A stretch of 64,000 bases of DNA. Source: Thermoplasmatota archaeon. GTDB taxonomy: Archaea; Thermoplasmatota; E2; UBA202; JdFR-43. The notes below the pieces were generated by a model. It saw nothing but the letters and a program-made list of their open reading frames with translations, made no database searches and was not told where the DNA came from. The position numbers were made by a program, and so were the translations under genes. Within the stretch, counting starts at the first letter, position 1, and each line of letters starts with the position of its first letter. Positions 10,357 to 19,485 of the stretch are shown one piece after another. The DNA is taken from positions 16,721-80,720 of the forward strand of contig JAPDJP010000015.1 in NCBI GenBank assembly GCA_029259055.1, in the 5' to 3' direction.

Positions 10357-11148
10357 GTGCTCAAAAACGAGAGTATATTGAAAGAATTAAGTCCTCATCC
10401 TATATCATTCATAAAATTTCATTTTTTATGGCTAATTCCATTTTTATGGGGATTATTTCTATTATGGTTTTATGATAAGTTGTCAATATTTGGAGCTGTT
10501 TTATGGGTAGCTGGTTTAGCAATTATTGGTATAGTAGCATCTATTTTGTTAATAAGATGGAGCATTTTCATAGTTTATATCGCTGTGATTGGTATTGGTT
10601 TATTTTTTATATGGGAGTATAACATGGATTACAGAATTTTCATCCCCCTTTATACAATGCTTATTTTTATATTTGGAGCTCCAGTAATAGAAATTTTTAG
10701 GAGAAGTCATAAGTATATAATAACCAATTTTAGAATAATATTAAGGGGAGGAATATTAAGAAGAAAAGAAAGAAGTTTAAGATATGAAAAAATTACTGAT
10801 ATAAGTGGGGAACAAGGTATATTTGGAAAGATTTTTTCATTTGGAAACATTATACCGATAACTCAATCTGGTTTTGGATTGGGAAGCGACGAAGCTTTTG
10901 CTGGTGGTGGCATGCAACATAAAAGATTTTTTGGATTTTTTGGAGGAGGAAAAGAAGTTTCAACGCCAAGAGCAAGAAGCTATTACCAATTATATGGAGT
11001 ATATCCATATAAGGAAATAAAAAAACTAATTGAAGAACTAATTCAAGAAAGTTTATCATATGAAAGAGAGCAAGTAGAATTACAGAGAAAAATTGTTGAT
11101 TTGCTGGAAAAGAAAAATAAAGAGGATAATCATGAAGAAAACCTATAA
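10357..11148 (+). CDS. Membrane protein with bacterial PH (bPH_2) domain
   Basis: Four N-terminal TM segments then YIITNFRIILRGGIL...RYEKITDI..QGIFGKIFSFGNI. Confidence 0.75.
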   Translation: MLKNESILKELSPHPISFIKFHFLWLIPFLWGLFLLWFYDKLSIFGAVLWVAGLAIIGIVASILLIRWSIFIVYIAVIGIGLFFIWEYNMDYRIFIPLYTMLIFIFGAPVIEIFRRSHKYIITNFRIILRGGILRRKERSLRYEKITDISGEQGIFGKIFSFGNIIPITQSGFGLGSDEAFAGGGMQHKRFFGFFGGGKEVSTPRARSYYQLYGVYPYKEIKKLIEELIQESLSYEREQVELQRKIVDLLEKKNKEDNHEENL

Positions 11149-11184
11149 CAATGTTTTTATACTATGCTCATTGTTATAACGAAA

Positions 11185-13095
11185 ATGGAAAGCATAGATG
11201 AATGGATTGAAAAACAAGAATTCAAAACAACCGCAGATATAGAAATTCCAAAGTTGCTCATAGACCAAGTAATAGGACAAGATCATGCTGTGGAAGTAGT
11301 TAGACAAGCTGCAAAACAAAAAAGACATGTAATGCTAATTGGTGAGCCAGGAACAGGAAAATCAATGCTGGCGAGGGCAATGACAGAATTTTTGCCAAAA
11401 GAAGAACTGGAAGATATTCTTGTTTATCCAAACCCAGATGACCCTAATACACCTCGCATTAGAGTTGTTCCTGCTGGCAAGGGAAAAGAAATTGTTGAAA
11501 GGATGAAAATTGAGGCAAGAAAAAGAGAACAGCAACAGAGTCAAATTGTTACAACAATTGTTTTTTTCATAATAATGATTTCATTAATTGGCTCAATTTT
11601 TACTGGAGACTTAATGCTTGCTTTATTTGGATTAATAGCAGGAGCAATGATTTACTTGATTGCTGGGAGAGGAAGCATAATCCAAAGGAAAGAAGAGGCG
11701 AATATTCCAAAATTGCTCGTAGCCCATGATAAAAATGACCCTCCACCCTTTATTGATGCCACTGCCGCCCATTCCGGTGCTTTGCTTGGCGATGTGCGCC
11801 ACGACCCATTTCAAGCTGGTGGATTGGAAACTCCTCCTCATTTAAGAGTGGAGGCTGGTGCCATTCATAGAGCACATAAAGGAGTGTTATATATTGACGA
11901 AATAAATACTCTGAGCCTGCCATCTCAACAGCATTTGTTAACTGCTATACAGGAAAAGAAGTTTTCTATAACAGGGCAATCCGAAAGAAGCGCGGGAGCC
12001 ATGGTTAAAACGGAGCCAGTACCCTGCGATTTTATTTTGGTGTGTGCTGGAAATTTAGATGCTGTTGCTGGAATGCATCCCGCATTAAGGAGTAGAATAA
12101 GAGGGTATGGTTATGAAGTATATATGAATAGCGTGATGGATGATACGGAAGAAAATAGGAAAAAACTGGTAAGATTTGTTGCTCAGGAAGTTGTAAAAGA
12201 TGGAAGAATACCACATTTTGATAAAAAAGCTGTTGCAGAAATAATAAGAGAAGCTCAGAGAAGGGCAGGACAAAAAGGGAAACTGTCTTTAAGACTCCGT
12301 GAATTAGGAGGGCTAATAAGAGTAGCTGGAGACATTGCAAAAAATGAAGGGAAAGATGTTGTCACCGCGGAGCATGTTATAAAAGCGAAGAAAATTGCAA
12401 GAAGTTTGGAACAACAAGTAGCTGATCGATATATTGAAAGAAAGAAAGTTTACAAGTATTTTGAAACAGAAGGTGTTAAAATTGGCACTGTAAATGGTTT
12501 AGCTGTAATGTCTGCAGACCCTTCCTTATCAGAATATTCTGGTTTGATCTTGCCAATAGTGGCAGAAGTAACACCTGCGGGTTCAAGAGCGGAAGGTAAG
12601 GTAATAGCAACAGGAAAACTTGGAATTATAGCAAGAGAAGCTGTTCAAAACGTCTCAGCAATAATAAAAAAATATATGGGAGAAGACATATCAAGGAAAG
12701 ATATACATATTCAGTTTATAGGAACATATGAAGGCGTCGAAGGTGACTCAGCATCAATTTCTGTAGCCACCGCGGTAATTTCCGCTATGGAAAAGATTCC
12801 GGTTAGGCAGGATGTTGCAATGACTGGCTCACTAAGTATTCATGGCACTGTTTTGCCAGTAGGAGGCATAACCGCAAAAATCGAAGCAGCAGCAAAGGCA
12901 GGAATAAAAAAGGTTTTGATACCTAAAGCCAATATACAGGATGTTCTTATTGACGAGGATTTAAAAAATAGCATTGAAATAGTTCCCGTATCAACATTAA
13001 AAGAAGTTTTAGAACATGCTTTAGTGGGCGATGGAAAAGAAAAATTAATAAAGAAATTAGAAGGTGATTATACAGAAAATAATCCTACAGATTAG
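11185..13095 (+). CDS. lonB: ATP-dependent membrane protease LonB
   Basis: DQVIGQDHAV, Walker A GEPGTGKS, two TM helices inserted in the AAA domain, DVRHDPFQ, catalytic GDSAS and GGITAKIEAA; start 11185 follows a TATA-like element near 11154. Confidence 0.96.
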   Translation: MESIDEWIEKQEFKTTADIEIPKLLIDQVIGQDHAVEVVRQAAKQKRHVMLIGEPGTGKSMLARAMTEFLPKEELEDILVYPNPDDPNTPRIRVVPAGKGKEIVERMKIEARKREQQQSQIVTTIVFFIIMISLIGSIFTGDLMLALFGLIAGAMIYLIAGRGSIIQRKEEANIPKLLVAHDKNDPPPFIDATAAHSGALLGDVRHDPFQAGGLETPPHLRVEAGAIHRAHKGVLYIDEINTLSLPSQQHLLTAIQEKKFSITGQSERSAGAMVKTEPVPCDFILVCAGNLDAVAGMHPALRSRIRGYGYEVYMNSVMDDTEENRKKLVRFVAQEVVKDGRIPHFDKKAVAEIIREAQRRAGQKGKLSLRLRELGGLIRVAGDIAKNEGKDVVTAEHVIKAKKIARSLEQQVADRYIERKKVYKYFETEGVKIGTVNGLAVMSADPSLSEYSGLILPIVAEVTPAGSRAEGKVIATGKLGIIAREAVQNVSAIIKKYMGEDISRKDIHIQFIGTYEGVEGDSASISVATAVISAMEKIPVRQDVAMTGSLSIHGTVLPVGGITAKIEAAAKAGIKKVLIPKANIQDVLIDEDLKNSIEIVPVSTLKEVLEHALVGDGKEKLIKKLEGDYTENNPTD

Positions 13096-13102
13096 TAACA
13101 AA

Positions 13103-14284
13103 TTAGGTAACAACCCATCCAGGCCCAACCTGGGCGTATATTCTTGCAATATTTATTCTAACTATAATATTTTGCAAATTGAGCAAAACAAAATTTTCTC
13201 CTTCCGTTACTCTTCCATTGAGCTCTTCTTTAAGGAAATCCTTCCAAGCAGAAGGATAGAGAGTAGTAATATTTATTGTTACATTTGTTGCATAATAAAT
13301 ATAGCTGGTCCAGCTTGAAAAATTCGTTCTTATAGAAAATGTTCCATAACCTGCTGCTCCTGTTTTGCCAGCAACACCAACTATATTAATTAAAGTAAGA
13401 TTAAAAGTTTGATTATTAGCTATTAGCATGGGAGGGAATAACATTGTATTTCCTCCCGCCTGACTTAAAATAACAGCTCCTCCCTCATAGATATAATCTT
13501 GGTCAACAAAATAGGCATTTTGAGAGGAATATTTTATTGTACCCAACTTGTTTGTTTGGCTAATTTGTACATTTTGAAATCTAAGACAATTTATTATAAA
13601 AGTGCCATTTGATGAGCCATTTATTGAAATATTATATGGGGTAGGAAAGTTTTGTAATATATCTTTAAATTTATAATCCTCATTCAGTAAATTAATTCTG
13701 TAACTTATTCCATCCTTTAATGCAACAGCTATTGGTTGGCTAAAAATTATTTGAGTATTGTTTATTACAGTAAGATTAATCTGTACAAAATTATTTACAG
13801 TGCCAACCTCTACAGAAATATTTGCACTAAGAACAGATAAATTATAAGTATCTCCCTTTTGCAAATTCTCTATATACAATTCAAGCTCATTTACTTTTAG
13901 TATATTTGTTATTTCCCCTATATTATTTTCAAAGGAATATAATACCGCCTTCATCCCATCGCCATTTATTGATATGCTAAAATTGCTCGAATTGCTTGAT
14001 AGTATTTGCAAAGAACCAAAAGCTCTAGAGGTGACAAAGTAAGGCAATTCTTTACTACCTAAAGTAATAGAATTTATCAAGGGCGACTCACTCCTTTCTA
14101 TCGCCTGTAAATCGACGGAATATTTTAAGCTAGCAAATTGATTTGCAACCAAATCCATGTGTTCCGCTTCCCTTTCCTTCATCCATCTCGGAATATAATA
14201 TGTTTGAATAGTTATTAGCATGATGGCAAATAAAGTGACAATGAGAATTGCGACGATGACGCCAACCTGCCCCTTCCTATTCAT
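13103..14284 (-). CDS. Possible separately translated archaeal pilin-like protein (class III signal peptide) nested in frame in gene D
   Basis: Internal ATG 14284 with upstream GAGGGG SD-like site; RKG|Q + hydrophobic helix + QTYYIPRW..EREAEHM pattern seen in euryarchaeal pilin-cluster proteins. Confidence 0.55.
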   Translation of the reverse strand: MNRKGQVGVIVAILIVTLFAIMLITIQTYYIPRWMKEREAEHMDLVANQFASLKYSVDLQAIERSESPLINSITLGSKELPYFVTSRAFGSLQILSSNSSNFSISINGDGMKAVLYSFENNIGEITNILKVNELELYIENLQKGDTYNLSVLSANISVEVGTVNNFVQINLTVINNTQIIFSQPIAVALKDGISYRINLLNEDYKFKDILQNFPTPYNISINGSSNGTFIINCLRFQNVQISQTNKLGTIKYSSQNAYFVDQDYIYEGGAVILSQAGGNTMLFPPMLIANNQTFNLTLINIVGVAGKTGAAGYGTFSIRTNFSSWTSYIYYATNVTINITTLYPSAWKDFLKEELNGRVTEGENFVLLNLQNIIVRINIARIYAQVGPGWVVT

Positions 14285-16978
14285 GCTATTAAATCCCCTC
14301 TTTTTAAATAACTTTACGATATTTGCAAAAATAATGGCTACTAAGGCAATTATTATTATAATTAAAATTGTGTTATCTTTGCTACTTTTAATTTCAAATT
14401 TTGCTATATTAGAAAATTCTTTTCCATCATATGCTCTTGCCTCCACAATATGCTTACCCTTTAATTTGATTTCATAACTCCAATTTCCTTGCTCCCATTC
14501 CCCTATATCGATCCAGCTACCATTATCTATCCTTATTTCAATTTTTAAAACATCTCCATCTTCATCCTTTACTATTCCTCTTATAACACCATTTTTACAT
14601 TCATATATGGAAATATACGGTTTATGATTATTATTTACATAAATACATATTGAATCAGTTGCATAATCTTTACCATCATATGCCCTCGCCTCTATAATAT
14701 GCATTCCATTTTTTAATTCTGTTGTATCTATTTCATAATACCAGCTCAAATTTTCTACCAAAATCCAGCTACCATTATCTATCCTTATTTCAATTTTTAA
14801 AACGTCTCCATCCTCATCGTTGGCAATACCTCTAATCATAATAGAATTATTAACGTAACTTCCATTTTCTGGATATAAAATATGAATTTCAGGAGGAGTA
14901 TTTTGAACCACAGAACTTGTTACAAAATTTGCAATAATTGTCTTATTCTCATTCATTACAACTTGTATAACATTTTCATAACCCACAGCATCCCCGCCCC
15001 ATCCAGCAAATCTATAATTTGAATATGCATATGCTATCAATGTTACTTTCGTCCCATATTCATAATTTTTTTTCAATGGATTAATATGGACATATCCAGA
15101 ATTTGGAGGATTTATTATAACAGATAGCTCGTATTTTTTATATTTCAATATAACAATTTTGCTTATGTTGCCAATGCATCCATCATCATCTGTTATAGTA
15201 AGAGTAACATTGTATATTCCATCATCAGAATAGGAATGAGTGACAACGCTTCCATATGCAACATATCCATCTCCAAAGTCCCATGTATAGTTTACAATGT
15301 AGCCATCTAAATCATAACTTGAAGAAGCATTGAATATAACGGTATTGTTCACAATTTCATATGAGAAATTAGCAAAAGGTTTTCTATTCATTACAACAAT
15401 TTTTTTTGTTATGTTGCCAATCAATCCATCATTATCAACAACTCTCAAAGTAACATTGTATATACCATCATCATTCCATGAATGCTCAACTACATCACCA
15501 CTTTCATCAAATATACCATCACCATTCCAATCCCATTCATATGATACAATAGAGCCATCTAAATCATAACTTAATGAGCCATTGAAAATAACGGACTCAA
15601 AAGTATATGGATTTAAAGGCATAAAGGAAAAATTGGCAATAGGAGGAGATAATATAAGAGCGTATGTTGTATCTACAGCAATGCCTCCATAATTATCAAC
15701 AACTGTAAGAACAACAGTATAATTTCCTGGACTGCTATAGGAGTGAGTAACAACTTTTCCATATCCAACGCTTCCATCCCCAAAATTCCATGTATAATTT
15801 ACAATGTAGCCATCTAAATCATAACTTGAAGAAGCATTGAATAAAATGCTTTGATTTACAATTGCATAGTAAGCTCCTCCTGCATTTGCAAAAGGTATGG
15901 AATTTCTAACATCAATTTTTTTGCTTATGTTACCAACGCATCCATCATTATCAACAACTGTTAGAATAACAGTATAATTTCCTGGGTTATTATAGGAATG
16001 GGTGACAACTCCTCCATGTCCAACATACCCATCCCCAAAATCCCATGTATAATTTACAATGTAGCCATCTAAATCATAACTTGATGAAGCATTGAATAAA
16101 ATACTTTGATTAATATACGGGTTTAAAGGCACAAAAGAAAAATTTGCAATAGGGGGAATTAATTCCATTATTGTTATACTCTTGTTTTCTACATATGCAT
16201 ATATAATGTTGTTATACCAGTCACTTATGGTAACATTGGATAAACAAATTTCCGTTTTTCCATATGATAATGGTTTAAAATTGATTCTTGCAACATATCC
16301 GCTCCCATTTGTAACATTTGAGATTGCAACGATTCTTACTCCATTAGAAATATTATTCCAATATACATTTACAGATTCATTCCCTATCTCTCCATTTTCA
16401 ATTTCTTCTATGCATAAATAGCTCTTGTTATATAATAAATCAAAGTTCATGCTACTAAAATTGCTAACATTGTATATCATTATGTCAGCATAAAAATTCT
16501 TTTTAACAACATCCGGGGAAGAAACTTTTAAAAGCGTTGGTGTTAAAATAACGCTTTTATTAAGCCAGCTTACATTTATTTTATTTCCATGCACATCACT
16601 TAAATTTCCATATATTTTAAAATCAGCGACTCCTTTTCCAATACTCTTAAATTTAACTATAGAAAGATATCCATCGCCACTAATTCCAGTAAGACCGGCA
16701 TCTTGAACTATTTTGCAGATTCCATCATATGAATTATAGTTAACTCCTATACTATAATTTTCTATGCTTCCATTATATACTCCTATCAATTGCAAAATAG
16801 ATGAATTATAAACAATAATATAATCTGCGGCAGAAAAATTACTTAGGTTATAAGCCATAATATATAAATTGATTTCATTTCCAGTTAGTACTATAGATGG
16901 ACAGGAAAGCTGTATAGTTGCAGCTATTGAAGTTACTGCAAATGCATTAAGTGCCAATATTACTACTAATAATTTCAT
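13103..16978 (-). CDS. Gene D: scaffoldin-like surface protein (signal peptide, 2 cohesin-like, 4 PKD, InlB-B-like repeat, 2 Ig-like, TM) fused in frame to a prepilin-like protein
   Basis: Two ~120-aa repeats with cohesin pattern (N..N..A.D..I.YN..IL....V..G....G.G.L..V.F); WDFGDG PKD motifs; TM TILIIIIIALVAIIFANIV-KLFKKR; then MNRKG|QVGVIVAILIV. Confidence 0.78.
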   Translation of the reverse strand: MKLLVVILALNAFAVTSIAATIQLSCPSIVLTGNEINLYIMAYNLSNFSAADYIIVYNSSILQLIGVYNGSIENYSIGVNYNSYDGICKIVQDAGLTGISGDGYLSIVKFKSIGKGVADFKIYGNLSDVHGNKINVSWLNKSVILTPTLLKVSSPDVVKKNFYADIMIYNVSNFSSMNFDLLYNKSYLCIEEIENGEIGNESVNVYWNNISNGVRIVAISNVTNGSGYVARINFKPLSYGKTEICLSNVTISDWYNNIIYAYVENKSITIMELIPPIANFSFVPLNPYINQSILFNASSSYDLDGYIVNYTWDFGDGYVGHGGVVTHSYNNPGNYTVILTVVDNDGCVGNISKKIDVRNSIPFANAGGAYYAIVNQSILFNASSSYDLDGYIVNYTWNFGDGSVGYGKVVTHSYSSPGNYTVVLTVVDNYGGIAVDTTYALILSPPIANFSFMPLNPYTFESVIFNGSLSYDLDGSIVSYEWDWNGDGIFDESGDVVEHSWNDDGIYNVTLRVVDNDGLIGNITKKIVVMNRKPFANFSYEIVNNTVIFNASSSYDLDGYIVNYTWDFGDGYVAYGSVVTHSYSDDGIYNVTLTITDDDGCIGNISKIVILKYKKYELSVIINPPNSGYVHINPLKKNYEYGTKVTLIAYAYSNYRFAGWGGDAVGYENVIQVVMNENKTIIANFVTSSVVQNTPPEIHILYPENGSYVNNSIMIRGIANDEDGDVLKIEIRIDNGSWILVENLSWYYEIDTTELKNGMHIIEARAYDGKDYATDSICIYVNNNHKPYISIYECKNGVIRGIVKDEDGDVLKIEIRIDNGSWIDIGEWEQGNWSYEIKLKGKHIVEARAYDGKEFSNIAKFEIKSSKDNTILIIIIIALVAIIFANIVKLFKKRGFNSMNRKGQVGVIVAILIVTLFAIMLITIQTYYIPRWMKEREAEHMDLVANQFASLKYSVDLQAIERSESPLINSITLGSKELPYFVTSRAFGSLQILSSNSSNFSISINGDGMKAVLYSFENNIGEITNILKVNELELYIENLQKGDTYNLSVLSANISVEVGTVNNFVQINLTVINNTQIIFSQPIAVALKDGISYRINLLNEDYKFKDILQNFPTPYNISINGSSNGTFIINCLRFQNVQISQTNKLGTIKYSSQNAYFVDQDYIYEGGAVILSQAGGNTMLFPPMLIANNQTFNLTLINIVGVAGKTGAAGYGTFSIRTNFSSWTSYIYYATNVTINITTLYPSAWKDFLKEELNGRVTEGENFVLLNLQNIIVRINIARIYAQVGPGWVVT
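15157..15646. repeat. ~490-bp near-identical repeat encoding two PKD domains, copy 1 (gene D)
   Basis: Matches 20006-20495 at offset 4849; antisense ORFs 15330-15569 and 20179-20418 translate identically. Confidence 0.93.
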
Positions 16979-19485
16979 GCTTTCCCTAATATTTTATTTA
17001 TAAGCATTTCCATATCTTCCTGATTAACATTCCCATTTTTATCTACATCTGCTGGTGGGGTGGGGGTATCGATTCCCGCCAAAATTCTCTCCATTTTAGT
17101 AATGTCCATTGCATTTAGCTTTCCATCTAAATTGGCATCCCCTCTTTTATATACAGTTACTTCTATTTCTTTTGAATAAACTCCTCCATATTCATCTGTT
17201 GCTAACAAAATAACGGTATATTTACCAGCTCTTCTATAAACGTGCGTAACATTCTTCCCATATGCAATGCTCCCGTCCCCAAAATCCCATTTCCATGAAA
17301 TAATGTTTCCGCTCGAATTGTCATAGAAATAGCCTGTTTCATTTTCAAATAAGAAAGAATATGAAAAGTTTATTGATACATTTTGTATTGTATGGAAAAC
17401 AAAAATACCTGTTGTAGAGATATTTTTACCATCATTTACAACAACATACCATCTATATGTTTTTCCATGTTTTAAATTCAAAGCTACACATGCATATCCA
17501 TTGTATGTTTCAATAGAAGAAATTTTACTTCCATTATGCCAATAGAATGTAACATTTAATATATCGTAATCCTCATCATACACATAAATTTGGAGAGAAA
17601 TATTTATTCCCACTACAGTGTCATTTTCTGGATATAAAATTGTTATATTTGGAGGATGATTTTCTTTTAACAATGTAGAAAAGTTCTTTACTTCTCCATA
17701 TGCTATTCTACCATTTGAACCAACAGCAACAGCTCTATAACTATAGCATTTTCCATCTTTCAATCCAGTAATATTGACATTGAATAAACCCGTAGTATTT
17801 ACTGTTTTGACAGATGTTGTTTTCTTGCTTTTACCATCCCAGTATTCAAACCAAATGTAACAAAAATCACTCCCTCCCAATGAAGTTAAGTTTGCGTATA
17901 AAGTAGCATTATGATATGATGCCATTGCATCCCAAGTAGCAATGGAGGGAGGAGCAGGAAGCGCCAAAGTTTTAAAAGTAAGATTTACTCCATAAGATAT
18001 CCCCTTACTATTTTCAACAACAGCCCTATAGTAATACAAAGTATTTTCCTTTAAATTGGTTAATACTTCGTAAAATTCTCCAGTTGAATCCATTATCTTT
18101 TTTTGTGTTTGATTTTTTTCTCCTCCCTCCTCCCAATATTCAAACCATACCTTACAGCTGTCATCACCTCCCATATCTGTTAAATTTCCCTTTAGAATAA
18201 TGGCATATTCTATTGCCCTCGTTTCCACGCTTGCTTTTATTGGTTGAGTATAGAATGTATGGTCATTTCCATAGGTTATACCTTTATAATTTTTGGCAAT
18301 TGCCCTAAAATGATAAACTTTTCCTGGCTCCAAATTATCGATTTCTATTGAAAATTCACCAACAGAATAAATATTTAGTTTTTGTGTTGTATAACCATAA
18401 GATGTTGTCTCTCCATACTCAAACCATGCTTCACAGCCATCATCCCCTCCCAAATCAGTTAGCTCTCCCCTTAATACAGCTGAATAACTTGTAACATTTT
18501 CAGCATCTAATGTTATAACAGATGGATAAATAATATGGGTTGTAAATGTTAAATCCTCTCCCACAGATGTTCCAGCAATATTACTTGCAATAGCCCTAAA
18601 ATGATATGTTGTATTAACTGTTAACCCAGATATAGTGTAATAGAACTGGGATGGCGAAGTTTTTTGGATAACCGGGGTAGAATATGCATAATCCTGCCAG
18701 TTTTCATGAAATGTTGTATCATAAACAAACCAGACTTGGCAATTCTGAGCTCCTACCCTATTTAAATACCCATTTAATGTTGCTTCATTATATCCAATAT
18801 TTGTTGCCTGCTGTGTAATAACTTCTGGAATTTCTGCTGGAGTATGAAAAGTTAAATCATTTCCATAACTTGTTTTTTTGCTATTCCTAGCAACAGCTTT
18901 AAAATGGTATGTTGTATCTGGTTTTAAATTAGTAATAGCAATACTAAAGATTCCTTCTTCATATAGTGTTAATTTTTGTGTTGTATAACCATAAGATGCT
19001 GTTTCCCCATATTTAAACCATACCTTACAGCTGTCATCCCCTCCCAAATCAGTTAGCTCTCCCCTTAATACAGCTGAATAACTTGTAACATTTTCAGCAT
19101 CTAATGTTATAATGCTTGGACTCCCAATCAATGAAAAACTTATATTTTTTGAAGGTTGACTAACATCTAAAATAAAAGATTTGCTATTTTCTTCCCCATT
19201 ATAACTACAATATACCGTGATTGTGTCCCCATCTTCACAATTTGGCAGATTATATAAATTGGCTTGATAATAACCATTTTGTTGAGTTGAAACCGAAATT
19301 TGCGTTGATTTATCAACATCTTTTATTATAACAGATACGCCAGCTGGCAAAGGCTCCCCATCGCTATTTTTTATGTATCCATATACTGGAAATGGCTGGT
19401 CCAGCGCTTTTCCTCTATCAATTACTTCTATGGTTGTAAAGAGTATTAACAAACCAACAAACAAACTTTTTATTTTTTTATTCAT
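16975..19485 (-). CDS. Gene C: secreted protein with about 5 FN3-like repeats, Ig-like, PKD and C-terminal dockerin
   Basis: Signal peptide; repeats SA.L.G.L..LGG....VWF.YG...L.P...YHF.A.A.N..G..YG....F.T; C-terminal duplicated Ca-loop GDANLDGKLNAMD...ADVDKNGNVNQED. Confidence 0.82.
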   Translation of the reverse strand: MNKKIKSLFVGLLILFTTIEVIDRGKALDQPFPVYGYIKNSDGEPLPAGVSVIIKDVDKSTQISVSTQQNGYYQANLYNLPNCEDGDTITVYCSYNGEENSKSFILDVSQPSKNISFSLIGSPSIITLDAENVTSYSAVLRGELTDLGGDDSCKVWFKYGETASYGYTTQKLTLYEEGIFSIAITNLKPDTTYHFKAVARNSKKTSYGNDLTFHTPAEIPEVITQQATNIGYNEATLNGYLNRVGAQNCQVWFVYDTTFHENWQDYAYSTPVIQKTSPSQFYYTISGLTVNTTYHFRAIASNIAGTSVGEDLTFTTHIIYPSVITLDAENVTSYSAVLRGELTDLGGDDGCEAWFEYGETTSYGYTTQKLNIYSVGEFSIEIDNLEPGKVYHFRAIAKNYKGITYGNDHTFYTQPIKASVETRAIEYAIILKGNLTDMGGDDSCKVWFEYWEEGGEKNQTQKKIMDSTGEFYEVLTNLKENTLYYYRAVVENSKGISYGVNLTFKTLALPAPPSIATWDAMASYHNATLYANLTSLGGSDFCYIWFEYWDGKSKKTTSVKTVNTTGLFNVNITGLKDGKCYSYRAVAVGSNGRIAYGEVKNFSTLLKENHPPNITILYPENDTVVGINISLQIYVYDEDYDILNVTFYWHNGSKISSIETYNGYACVALNLKHGKTYRWYVVVNDGKNISTTGIFVFHTIQNVSINFSYSFLFENETGYFYDNSSGNIISWKWDFGDGSIAYGKNVTHVYRRAGKYTVILLATDEYGGVYSKEIEVTVYKRGDANLDGKLNAMDITKMERILAGIDTPTPPADVDKNGNVNQEDMEMLINKILGKA
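18379..19112. repeat. Intragenic ~140-bp duplication (18379-18518 and 18973-19112) in FN3-like repeats
   Basis: Near-identical DNA at offset 594 encoding ITLDAENVTSYSAVLRGELTDLGGDD...YGYTTQKL. Confidence 0.88.
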
